A stretch of 64,000 nucleotides of DNA from Eledone cirrhosa (taxonomy: Eukaryota): positions 210,428,001 through 210,492,000 of the forward strand of contig OZ024742.1 of assembly GCA_964016885.1 (NCBI GenBank), read 5' to 3'. Shown here one piece after another: positions 1 through 11,290 of the stretch; position 1 is the first letter of the stretch, and the number at the start of each line of letters is the position of its first letter. Made by a program: the position numbers and the translations under genes. The notes below the pieces were generated by a model, which made no database searches, was not told the DNA's origin, and saw nothing but the letters and a program-made list of their open reading frames with translations.

Positions 1-299
1 ATTAAGATGATAAATGATGAACTTCCTTAAAGTTTCTGTTAACTAAATACACTCACAAGGTATTGATCAACCTCAGGCTATTGTAGAAGACACTTGCCAA
101 AGGTGATGTGCAGTGGAATGGAACATGAAGCCATGTGGCTGCAAGGTAAATTTCTTAACCACACAACGATGTCTTTGCCTATATTTAATGGAATATAATT
201 TAACACATGGAACAGAAGCTTAGAACATCACAAAGAAATATGCAAAGATGCATGATAGGAATCACTGAGTATATAAAAACTTGTCAATGGATAAGAGAG

Positions 300-600
300 C
301 AAAGAAAAGTATAAGAAATCATAAAACATTAAGGAGAGAAAATAGAAGTGAGCAGGACATGTGGTAGAAACAAATGACAAGAGATAGACAGAGTTGTCTA
401 CAGAATGGAGACCAAGAGAGGCAGGTTGACAATGTTGAAGAAGACAGAAGATGATATAAAGAGATGAGATCAATAAGTTTAGTTTATGAATGCTAAATGG
501 ATGAGAGTAGAATATGATATGAACAATCAACAGTGGCGAGGGGAGGGGGTATTTGCTTTGCAGTGGGTAGAATATGCCTGAGAATGATGATGATAATGTT
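300..600 (+). mobile_element. Old RTE/BovB-like 3' remnant
   Basis: Decayed KWKWAGHV..D.RW...EW.PR codons; a similar remnant lies at ~61550-62000. Confidence 0.6.
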
Positions 601-717
601 TCAACCCATTCTTCTACAACCATTATCTGTTTTATTCCTCACTAGAATACAGAATTTCACATTTCATGCAATTTGCTAGAATCTATCTATAAATTTCTGC
701 GAATCTGTAACAACATG

Positions 718-945
718 TAAAGAGAGAGGAGTAGTTTGACTACCTCATACTACTCCTCTCTCTTTATGTTTGCAGCCTGCATGAATATATGTGAATGTAA
801 AAATATTATAAGACAAAATAAAGTTCAAGGAAAATCGACCACAGAAGAAGAAAACAATTTGTTTATAATATTTTTATATCCTCCACTGATCATCTGCTAT
901 TTCTTATATCAGATGTAAAGAGAAAGGAGTAGTATGAGGTAGTCA
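718..945. repeat. Nested inverted repeats (18-bp hairpin 718-766; 30-bp arms 737-766 and 916-945)
   Basis: TAAAGAGAGAGGAGTAGT / ACTACTCCTCTCTCTTTA, plus a third, inverted copy at 916-945. Confidence 0.85.
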
Positions 946-1526
946 CAACAACAGTGGTAACAGCAAAATGTGCAGCTGTTGACTGTCATCCACAAATATT
1001 CTGTGTTTGCATGTTTATATTTATATACACACCTATAAATGTATGCATATGCACATATATCCTGATTCCTGGGGATTCATTTGTCCTGCCCACACACCTG
1101 ATGGTACACCGTGTGGTTTACTCAGCCATTTAACCCTTGGTTGCGAGGTACCTTTTCTTTTTGATATGTTCACTTAGTTTTTTGTTAATATACAAACTAA
1201 ACCCAGCATTTATTTTACACATAACATAGTTTTGTATTCTTTAGATGCTCATTATTGTTAGAGATTAACATTCCAGCATAACTTTATATCAGTACAGTTG
1301 TTAAGTTTTCTTACAAATATCATCTTATTCATGAAATAACTAATAGCTTGAGTAAATTCATCCAAACTTTTCAATAATCAATTTTTACTTATTAGAAATA
1401 TAATATTCATTTATTTTCCTTCTTCTCCCACTTTTTGCTTTCTACCTCAATTCCCTTCCGACTTGTTACCTTGGTAACGAAACCCACTTGCATTGTACAG
1501 CCTTGTAAATACAGATATCCACTTTT

Positions 1527-1570
<44 letters not shown>

Positions 1571-1767
1571 AGGTAATTCCGAAGGAAAAGCAAAGGAAAA
1601 AAGAGTGCTCTATGTATAGAACAGAGCTATTTAATTAGGTGAACAACACAAAATATAACTACTCCATTACCCTTCTATTCTTATGTATATTTGCCGTTAT
1701 TTTTCCAGCCTCACTTCCAATTTTTAACAGATTTTAAATCTCATTTCATATTATTTATCCATAACAT

Positions 1768-1835
1768 CTCTGTCTGATGACCGATCCAGACGTATATTAA
1801 TATTGTCTGGGATCCAGAAACCTTTGGTAATGGAG
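1768..1835 (+). ncRNA. Putative (possibly decayed) type I hammerhead ribozyme in a Penelope-like remnant
   Basis: CTCTGT-CTGATGA(1774-1780)-stem II hairpin-GAAA(1817-1820)-CC-TTT-GGT-A-ATGGAG; stem I 6 bp with two G:U; two mismatches at the base of stem II. Confidence 0.55.
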
Positions 1836-1881
1836 TAGCTATATTTTGTGTTGTTCACTTTCTAATTAAATATATATATAT

Positions 1882-2432
1882 GTACAAAGTGAAACCTAGT
1901 CAGGTAGACCCAGAAAAACCTGGGACGATTTGATAAATTCTGACCTTACACACTTGCACCTCTCTAAGACCATGTCACTGGACCGAGATCTTTGGCGCTA
2001 CGCAGTAATACAGAAGACTCACCTTGCCTATGTACAAAGCAAAACCTACAGTCAGTAGGCACCATATATTTGGTTAAACCAAATATATACCCCAATCCAG
2101 TTCCACCAACACCACCCTTTCTCTGTAAAGTTGGTACCACAACATCCAGTCCAAATTAATGAGATAATGAGATCAAGATCGAGATCGTGTAGGTGTCACA
2201 AACAAAAAAACACAGTCCAAGCTATAATGTAGGTAACACGGTAAAAAATTCCCAGTCCACACTGTAAATGTGGTTGGTGTTAGGAAGGGCATCCAGCCGT
2301 AGAAAACCTGCCAGATAGTCCTATACGAGCGAGACACGGTCACCCGACCAACCTTGCCTCAAATTGGGACAACTCCCGTCTAACCCATGCTAGCGTGGAA
2401 GATAGACGTTAAACGATGATGATGATTATGAT
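1882..2432 (+). mobile_element. RTE LINE 3' fragment
   Basis: GRPRKTWDDLINSDLTHLHLSKTMSLDRDLWRYAV + 3'UTR + (GAT)n; starts after (TA)n. Confidence 0.9.
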
Positions 2433-2474
2433 ACACATACACGTCAGCGTATGGAAAAAATAGAATAATACTTA

Positions 2475-2627
<153 letters not shown>

Positions 2628-3044
2628 TTATCAAATTAAAGATATATGTATATAATTTACATAGAAGCATTTGAATTACTTCATTTTGTTTTTAATAAAC
2701 TCATTATAAATATATATATTGTATCTATCTTTCTATTTCTCATTCTATCTTCTGGAGTTCTATCATAAAATATCAAAGAAAAAGACCAGCTAAGCCTATG
2801 CAGCCATAACAACAAACACATATCTTCCAATCACTGTTCTTGACCAATTCTCATTGTAATATCAGAATTTTAGTCATTTCTCTTTTTGATTGATAAAAAT
2901 TCAAAAACAAAATATTTTATACACATCAACATCTCAAATTGTAGGAAAGAAAATACAGACAGAACAGTTAAAAAAAAAGTAATAAAAAAAAGGAGGGGGG
3001 GGGGGGGGGGGGGTAATGAAAATTTGTGTAAAAAATCACCAATC

Positions 3045-3080
<36 letters not shown>

Positions 3081-3191
3081 CACAGAGATATCCACGGTAA
3101 GTTGTGGGGTCTATTCTGCATGAAGAACTCAATGTAATCCATATGTTGAAAATGTTGAAGGTTAAGATAAATCCCGGAAAACAGAGTCATG

Positions 3192-5696
3192 ATATAAGTT
3201 AAAACAATGAAATAAAAAATCAAGTCATTAGAGATATACTTCACTGCTTTACGATCGTTTCTAGGTGATGATAATACATTGTAGCTATACTTCATTATTG
3301 ATCTATGTAAGGTTAGTTACAAAATATCAGATAAAGAGAATATTTACTTACATGCATATCACCAGCTGTTTTCAAAAGCAATAATAATTTTATTCAGAAT
3401 TAGTAGTATGTTAGTATCTTGTCCTTATTTGGAGGTAGTTGAAGAACTAACCAATCAAATTGTTTTTTCATATGATGTTAAGATGAAAAGTAATACACTT
3501 TAGTTGAGGTCATGACCCTTTGAAAGGAATGGTTGAAGGGTGTTAATAATAGAATTGCCATAAAAAATCTATTAGGAGGAAAGGGATTGTCAAATTGATA
3601 GTTGAATGTATCTGGTATAGTGAAGTTTAAAAGGAATGTCAAAATAAATGATGATTAGTGTTGTATGGAGTTTTTAGGTGAATATAAATTAAGGTCATGG
3701 CTAGGAAAGATAGTATATTAAAAGATGAAAATTATAATAAGATAATGAAATACAGTAATGTAATAATATACAACATAACCAACACAATATAGTACGGTGT
3801 AGTAAATTGCACTTAGTATAATACAGCGAATGATACGCTCTAAAATACTATCAAGTATGTTTATGTATAAATAATCAAACTCAGATAAATACATGTTGAC
3901 ATAGTCAAAATGCATAAATTTCATAGATCACAAAGTGCATATATCCACACTATATATAGAGGGAGGTATAGTTACATTGATACCCAACTAAAAATATATA
4001 TACGCACAAATAGATGCAAACATAAATACACATTTACACATGTGCACATAATCATATACACATATATTTATACATATCTATATCTACACATACACACCTA
4101 TACCCACATACATATATATATATGTGTATGTACACACTCATATATAAACTCATACACATATACTCACATATACACACACACAAACACACATATATACACA
4201 CATACACACACACATATACATAAATATATTCCCATATCATACATACATAGATATATATTTACTCATGGAATTACGGGTGGTTGTGTACCTTGTTGCCTTT
4301 AGTCATTAACGCATAAATCTAAGGAAGCTAAAACATTAACAGGTAACAGATAAGCATGAATGCATATAATTAGGGAAAAGGGGTACTAACAAATGTTACT
4401 CTATATAGAATTATAGTGAGTTGTTATTTAGAACATTTAATTAGGCTACTTAACCTAACCTAATTAAATATTCTAAATAGCAACTCACTATAATATAGAG
4501 TAACATTTGTTAGTACCCCTTTCCCCTAATTATATGCATTCATGCTTATCTTTTACCTTTTAATGTTTTAGCATCCTTAAGTTCATGCGTTAATGACTAA
4601 AGACAACAAGGTACACAACCACCCGTAATTGCATGAGTAAATATATATATCTATGTATGTATGATATGGGAATATATTTATGTATATGTATATATATATA
4701 TATATGTTTGTGTGTGTGTATATGTGAGTATATGTGTATGAGTTTATATATGAGTGTGTACATACACATATATATATATGTATGTGGGTATAGGTGTGTA
4801 TGTGTAGATATAGATATGTATAAATATATGTGTATATGATTATGTGCACATGTGTAAATGTGTATTTATGTTTGCATCTATTTGTGCGTATATATATTTT
4901 TAGTTGGGTATCAATGTAACTATACCTCTCTATATATATAGTGTGGATATATGCACTTTGTGATCTATGAAATTTATGCGTTTTGACTATGTCAACATGT
5001 ATTTATCTGAGTTTGATTATTTATACATAAACATACTTGATAGTATTTTAGAGCGTATCATTCGCTGTATTATACTAGGTGCAATTTACTACACCGTACT
5101 ATATTGTGTTAGTTATATTATATTATTACATTACAGTATTTCATTATCTTATTATAATTTTCATCTTTTAATATACTATCTTTCCTAGCCATGACCTTAA
5201 TTTATATTCACCTAAAAACTCCATACAACACTAATCATCATTTATTTGACATTCCTTTTAAACTTCACTATACCAGATACATTCAACTATCAATTTGACA
5301 ATCCCTTTCCTCCTAATAGATTTTTTATGGCAATTCTATTATTAACACCATTCAACCATTCCTTTCAAAGGGTCATGACCTCAACTGAAGTGAATTACTT
5401 TTCATCTTAACATCATATGAAAAAACAATTTGATTGGTTAGTTCTTCAACTACCTCCAAATAAGGACAAGATACTAACATACTACTAATTCTGAATAAAA
5501 TTATTATTGCTTTTGAAAACAGCTGGTGATATGCATGTAAGTAAATATTCTCTTTATCTGATATTTTGTAACTAACCTTACATACATCAATAATGAAGTA
5601 TAGCTACAATGTATTATCATCACCTAGAAATGATCGTAAAGCAGTGAAGTATATCTCTAATGACTTGATTTTTTATTTCATTCTTTTAACTTATAT
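3192..5696. repeat. Long inverted repeat / fold-back (arms 3192-4445 and 4459-5696, 13-nt loop)
   Basis: Arms are reverse complements over ~1.25 kb with scattered substitutions and microsatellite indels; bracketed by (TA)n at ~3046-3078 and ~5692-5738. Confidence 0.95.
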
Positions 5697-5698
5697 AT

Positions 5699-5739
<41 letters not shown>

Positions 5740-5780
5740 AACAAAAACAAGGCAGTTATTAGATACAGGCATGCAACTTA

Positions 5781-6086
<306 letters not shown>

Positions 6087-7495
6087 TCACAAAGTATTTA
6101 GATACTGCTCTGACTGGGGTGAAGCTGCTGCTCTCTCCCACTTCTCCTTACTTTCGTTATTTAATTTTTTAGAAACTTTTTTTATTACAAATACTATATA
6201 ATTTAATTGAAATGTGTTGAATAAAATTTTCCATTTTTGTTTAATAAGGGTTTCTGATTTTTTTTTTTGTCATTCTCTTCATGAAACATGGACAGCAATG
6301 GTAATAATAATGGTTTCTAATTTAGGCACAAGGCCAGCAATTTGAGGGTAGAGGAAAGTCGATTATATGGTGCTTTCTTTTATTGACCCCGTAAGGACGA
6401 AAGGAAAAGCTAACTCTGGCATGATTTGAACTCAGAATGTAAAGGGTCATAACTCAATGCCTCAAAGCATGCTGTCGATGCCCTACCGAATATTAATAAA
6501 CACAGAAATATCATTGAGAGGAACAATGGCTGTGAGGTTAAGAAACTGTATTAGGGATCATAAGTTCAGAGTTTACTACTGCCATAGTGTTGTGCCCCTC
6601 CCTAACCATGGTTGTGACAGACCCAACTTTTCACAGTTGATTAGTAGAAAGGACATCCAGCTGTAAAAACAACTGTTCCAGAATGTAAAATATTGAACAA
6701 GTATGGAAACGTGGATGCTAAAAGAAAGGTTTAATTTCTAACAAATTCATTTACATTATGATGATTAACTCTTACATTACTATATTTCTCATGAAATATA
6801 CTGCATTTTAATTAATTACTGAAGAATTTGAAGGGATTTACTAATAAAATTATTAGTTATTTAATTATTACAATATTTGTATAATTTAACAAAAAGTTAT
6901 TATGATAATATGATAATGGAGAAGTTCAAGTATCTCGGGGCAGAGTTCATGAGTGATGATAAGGAAAATTATTGTGTACAGTGCTCAGGTGCACTACAAC
7001 TCATCAAAGGTGCATGTATAATACATAGAATAAGTTACGTTGGAAAAGTTTAATTTAAATAAGAATCCTTTGATATGAATGGTTCTGTTTCATAGAACCA
7101 GAGGTGGTTTTGGGCAGGTTGGTATCAAATGAGTTAATTTACAATTTTAAAACACAAGAACAAACAAAAGTATAACTAATTACATTGAGGTATGTACATT
7201 TACATCAAAGATTTAACATTTCTTTTCCATGATGTCACAGTTTAAATATAAACTAACAAGATGTGAAAATGCTGGAAATGGCCTCAACAGTAAAGCATCC
7301 TACTAAATGCATTACTGTATTTAATTTTGAGGTTGACTTTTGTTTTATTCAGTGGAGTGCAAAGTGGGAATAAAACAACTATCATTGACATACTGGAGTC
7401 AATATAATAATACATTACATATCTCATCTTTAACAGAAATAAACCAACATGCTAATCTGGAAAGATAATGATAAAAGAATATAATGTCAGCTTAC

Positions 7496-7580
7496 TGTAG
7501 TATCCTTCAGCATCATCCCAGTTGTCAGTTAAACTTGGGTTTTCATGAACAGCACCGGTATAGTTTGCCACACAAACATC
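7496..7580 (-). CDS. PRPF4B: PRPF4B coding exon 8 (...HENPSLTDNWDDAEGYY)
   Basis: Diagnostic ENPxLxDNWxDAEGYY motif of PRP4 kinase; canonical splice sites; phase 0-1. Confidence 0.95.
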
Positions 7581-7900
7581 CTGAAATTTAAAACATATCT
7601 AAACATTAACCCTTAGTGGCTATATTTCTAATGAAATACACTCTATTTCAATTAATTAATGAAGAATTTTCAGGGATTCACTAAAATTATTAATTATTTT
7701 AATACTAAAATAGTAACTAAACATATAGTTCTTATATAAAATAATGTTGGATGTTTTTAATTTTAATAGGAGTCCTTTAAAATGAGTGGGTTTTTTTCTC
7801 ATAGAGCCAGAGCTAGTTTGGGCTAGGGTCGCATCAAAAAGGTTAATATAAAGTAAGAGTAATAATTTTATAATTAATATAAACATTTATGTCATTAATT

Positions 7901-8080
7901 GTTTCTACTTTAGGCACAAGGCCAGCAATTACCCAGTGCATTACTGGTACTTTATTTTATCGACCCCCGTAAGGATGAAAGGCAAAGTCAACCTCGGTGG
8001 GATTTGAACTCAGATTGTAAAGGGACGTAACTATGCTGTAAAGCATGGCGTCCGACCCTCTACCGATACTGCCAATCCAC
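7901..8080 (-). mobile_element. tRNA-derived SINE, family A (Meta-domain-like core)
   Basis: Minus strand: GGATTGGCAGTATCGGTAG (A box), GTTCAAATCCC (B box), core GAGGTTGACTTTGCCTTTCATCC..GGGGTCGATAAAAT; older copies near 5980, 6310, 14860, 31130, 51890(+). Confidence 0.85.
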
Positions 8081-9153
8081 ATGAAAGAATATGATTGCGA
8101 ATACAAGTGGCGAAAATGGGGTTCCTCCAAAGAGTTTTTGGAGTAACATTTCAAGATAGAGCTTAGCTCAGATATCAGAGAGTCGCTATTTCTCCAAATT
8201 GAGAGATCACAGCTCCAATATTATAGACATATGATCAGACTGTCTTAGAAAAAATATCACTAGACAGATTTTACAGGCAAAACCAACTGGCAGAAGACCC
8301 AGGAGTAGACCCTGAGCAAGTTGGTTGGATAACATCCATGAGCTTGGCTGGTCTTGCTTGGGAATCCAACCAGATCAATTGGAGACAGTTGCCTTTGACG
8401 GGACCTACTGAAAGGCGAGCTTGAGGACTCTGCCCTCATGATACTCACAGGAATAAGTGAGCGAAGAAGAATACTGTAGATTCTTACAAAGGGAAGCAAT
8501 ATTAACAATCATTTTCTGAAGTAGCATAACTGCTTATAGCAATTCAGATACCGGTCTACAAAGCAGAATTAAAACTGTACTGGGTTCTGTCACTGAGCAA
8601 GGCCCATATCTTTCTTTGTTACAGTTTGCCTGACTTACAAGAGTTATTTCTACTTTACAGTTGTGTGGATACAAGGATGATGATGATCATCATTTAATGT
8701 CTGTTTTCCTTATTTACAAGGGTGGTCAGGCCTCCACAGACCGAGTTAGTACTGAAGCAGGGCTACTGACCTCCTATACTGGCCAGTGGTCCACATCTCA
8801 TTTACATACAGTCCCACACTCAACCAAGTGCATTTTATTGTAACACCAGCAATAGAAAGGTTGTCATGTCTCTGACATGGCTGAAGGGCCCTCCCAACCC
8901 TGGGCCCTCCCAACCCTTTGTTTGACAGGGATTTTTTTACGGCTAGATGCCCTTCCTATCACCAACCATTTTATAAAGTGTACTGGGTGCGTTTATTGTG
9001 TACATCACCAACAATATGGAAGTTGTCATGTCTTTGACACAACTGAAAGGTCCTATCACCACACATACAACTTCATAAAGCTATGTATACTATTACCACC
9101 ATACATGTAAACATCTAAAAACATTACCAATAAAATACACAAGGTACACTTAC

Positions 9154-9266
9154 ATGATATTCATCCATAGTTTCGGTTTCTGCAAACATATCAATACCTG
9201 ATCTCACAGGTACAGGTTTCTTGTTAGATGACTCATTCAATGAAGAGGGTAACAAAGGTTCGGAAT
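9154..9266 (-). CDS. PRPF4B: PRPF4B coding exon 7 (DSEPLLPSS...GIDMFAETETMDEYH)
   Basis: Conserved DMF motif; tttttcccaaag| acceptor, |GTAAGT donor; 113 nt bridges phase 1 to phase 0. Confidence 0.88.
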
Positions 9267-9605
9267 CTTTGGGAAAAATAAACAAAAACCAAATATATCA
9301 TATAATTACATAGAATGTCAAGAAATTCAAGCTTAAAATAAATCACTGTTGGTATTTTATAGAAAAAGTTAGCTCATATCTGTAATACCATCATCATTTC
9401 ATCTTTTCCCATGCTATGGATTAGACATGACTTTCTTGAGGCAGTTTTTTCTATGGCCATATGTGCAACTTGATGCCAACTTATACTTTATTATAAGTAT
9501 GTTCTATACTGCTGATGTTTGTTGAACTACTACACTGCAGGAGGTATTGTTAATGGAGGGCATAAACAGTAGATGTTCACAGCAAATGTCACACACACAC
9601 ATATA

Positions 9606-9649
<44 letters not shown>

Positions 9650-9676
9650 TGGTTACACAACAGTTAGTTCACCATA

Positions 9677-9716
9677 CCGAGAACAATTGTTTCACCTTAG
9701 CAGATCCTCAGCTCGG
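9677..9716 (-). ncRNA. Putative minimal (dimer-type) type I hammerhead ribozyme
   Basis: Minus strand reads CCGAG-CTGAGGA-tctgctaaggt-GAAA-CAATTG-T-T-CTCGG; perfect 5-bp stem I, palindromic stem III, weak stem II; (TA)n on both sides of the insert. Confidence 0.5.
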
Positions 9717-10154
9717 GGATATATATATATATAATAAAATGGAGAAAAATACTGCAGGTAGCGCATGGATAACATGTAATAAAATGAGTCCCTCATCAGT
9801 GATTTGCCGACGATGATAGATATTTCATTGCATTATATATATATATATATATATATACGTGATGATGATGATGACACATAATGGGCTTCATTACATAAAG
9901 ATGTGGAAATGAATCTAAATGAGAAGAAAGCAACAAGTTCAAACAATTTAAACGTCAAAGTTTGCTTCAACACTGGGATCGTAATTATTTAAATTCCTTG
10001 TAGGAGTTATTGGTATTTGTTCTTTGAATACTGAATTGTATACAAAATTTGGTTTATGGGGTCTGTCATTCATCTGACTTTTTGTGTTCAAATGATTTGC
10101 TATCATAGTAAAAAGAATCCAAATGAAAATTTAAAGTAAGAATGAATATGCAGC

Positions 10155-10520
10155 TTGACTGCAGAAGATCTGAGAAGGTTAGAAAGAAATGAAGAGAGTA
10201 AACTCCAGTGGATATGTAATGTTAATATGCATGAACATTACAGCATAAGTGAACTGAGAAAACTCAGTATAAAAGGCATCAGATGTAGTGTGCAAGAAAG
10301 AAGACTGTGCTGGTGTGTACATGTGATATATATAGAAGTTGACAGCTGTATAAAGAAGTGCAGAGAAATTTCAGTGGATGCTACCTATGGAAGAGGTAGA
10401 TCTAGGAAGGGAAGGGATAAAGTAGTTAAGACCAACTTTAGGAAACTGAACTTCACAATGGAACTGACAAAGAACCATCATGACTGGCGACATGCAGTAT
10501 TGGAGAAGACACACCTATTA
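10155..10520 (+). mobile_element. Degenerate RTE LINE 3' ORF fragment
   Basis: AEDLRRLERNE...ERRLCW...GRGRSRK...WRHAVLEKT. Confidence 0.8.
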
Positions 10521-11105
10521 AAACAAGATGTCCCTCTATTTCTGCTATAGTAGTCACAGTCCCCTCACTTAAATTTTGTGCAGATATGACGCAGCCTGTC
10601 CTGACACATTCATACTCAACTCTGAACACCATCACCCTTTAGTATCTACTCCTGTTATCACTGTATTCCACAACCCCACTCAATCTAAGATCACTTCCAC
10701 CTTCTTACCTTGTTAAATCCAACCACACTTGTCATAACTCATTAATAACGGTTCACTCACATCCATTTACCTCTTTCACTATACACTCTCTCACACTTTA
10801 TCAAAGATCACTCCCACCATCCTTTACCCCATTAAATCCTCACAACACTTGTCATAGCTCTTTGGTAGCTATACTCATCACCACTGGATCCTTGACTACT
10901 CCTAGCTCTTGTCTCGCTCACTTCACTTTGCTAAATCCCATCACACTAGCCATGCATACAACATCATACCTGTAATCCTTCCTCATCTCCCCCCACCTAG
11001 TCATATACCCATGACTTTATACTTACTACCCTTCTTAACCCTATTCTTATTCCATTATCAAGTTTGCCTTGGGACATGACATCCACCTCCACACACCCTC
11101 CTTAA

Positions 11106-11290
11106 CCCTTTAGCATTTAAACCCGGCCATAATTTTCTCACCTCTTACTGTTTAAACCAACCGTAACTGGCCACTCATACTGACATTAAGGTATTGTTCT
11201 CAAAATAAATAACATTATGTGAGATAATTATGTAAGATAAAGCCTTTACCACAAAAATACAAGAGTATATATAATGTAAATGTTAAAGGG
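11106..11290. mobile_element. piggyBac-like MITE
   Basis: TTAA|CCCTTTAGCATTTA...TAAATGTTAAAGGG|TTAA. Confidence 0.85.

Noticed and set aside
739-943. ACTACCTCA / TGAGGTAGT match to the let-7 5' end
   Set aside because: Only 9 nt match, the rest of let-7 is absent and the site is intronic.
4441-4463. TTAGG/CCTAA telomere-like units at the palindrome centre
   Set aside because: Only 2-3 units; too short to call an interstitial telomere or chromosome fusion.
3910-4849. Mirror-image ORFs rich in Y/I/H/T or C/V/M (also 34338-35116, 42736-43241)
   Set aside because: Translations of TA/CA microsatellites, duplicated by the fold-back; no coding signal.
9740-9810. Third hammerhead candidate (CTGATGAGGGAC on the minus strand near 9799)
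   Set aside because: No correctly placed GAAA, stem III or stem I; at best a decayed remnant.
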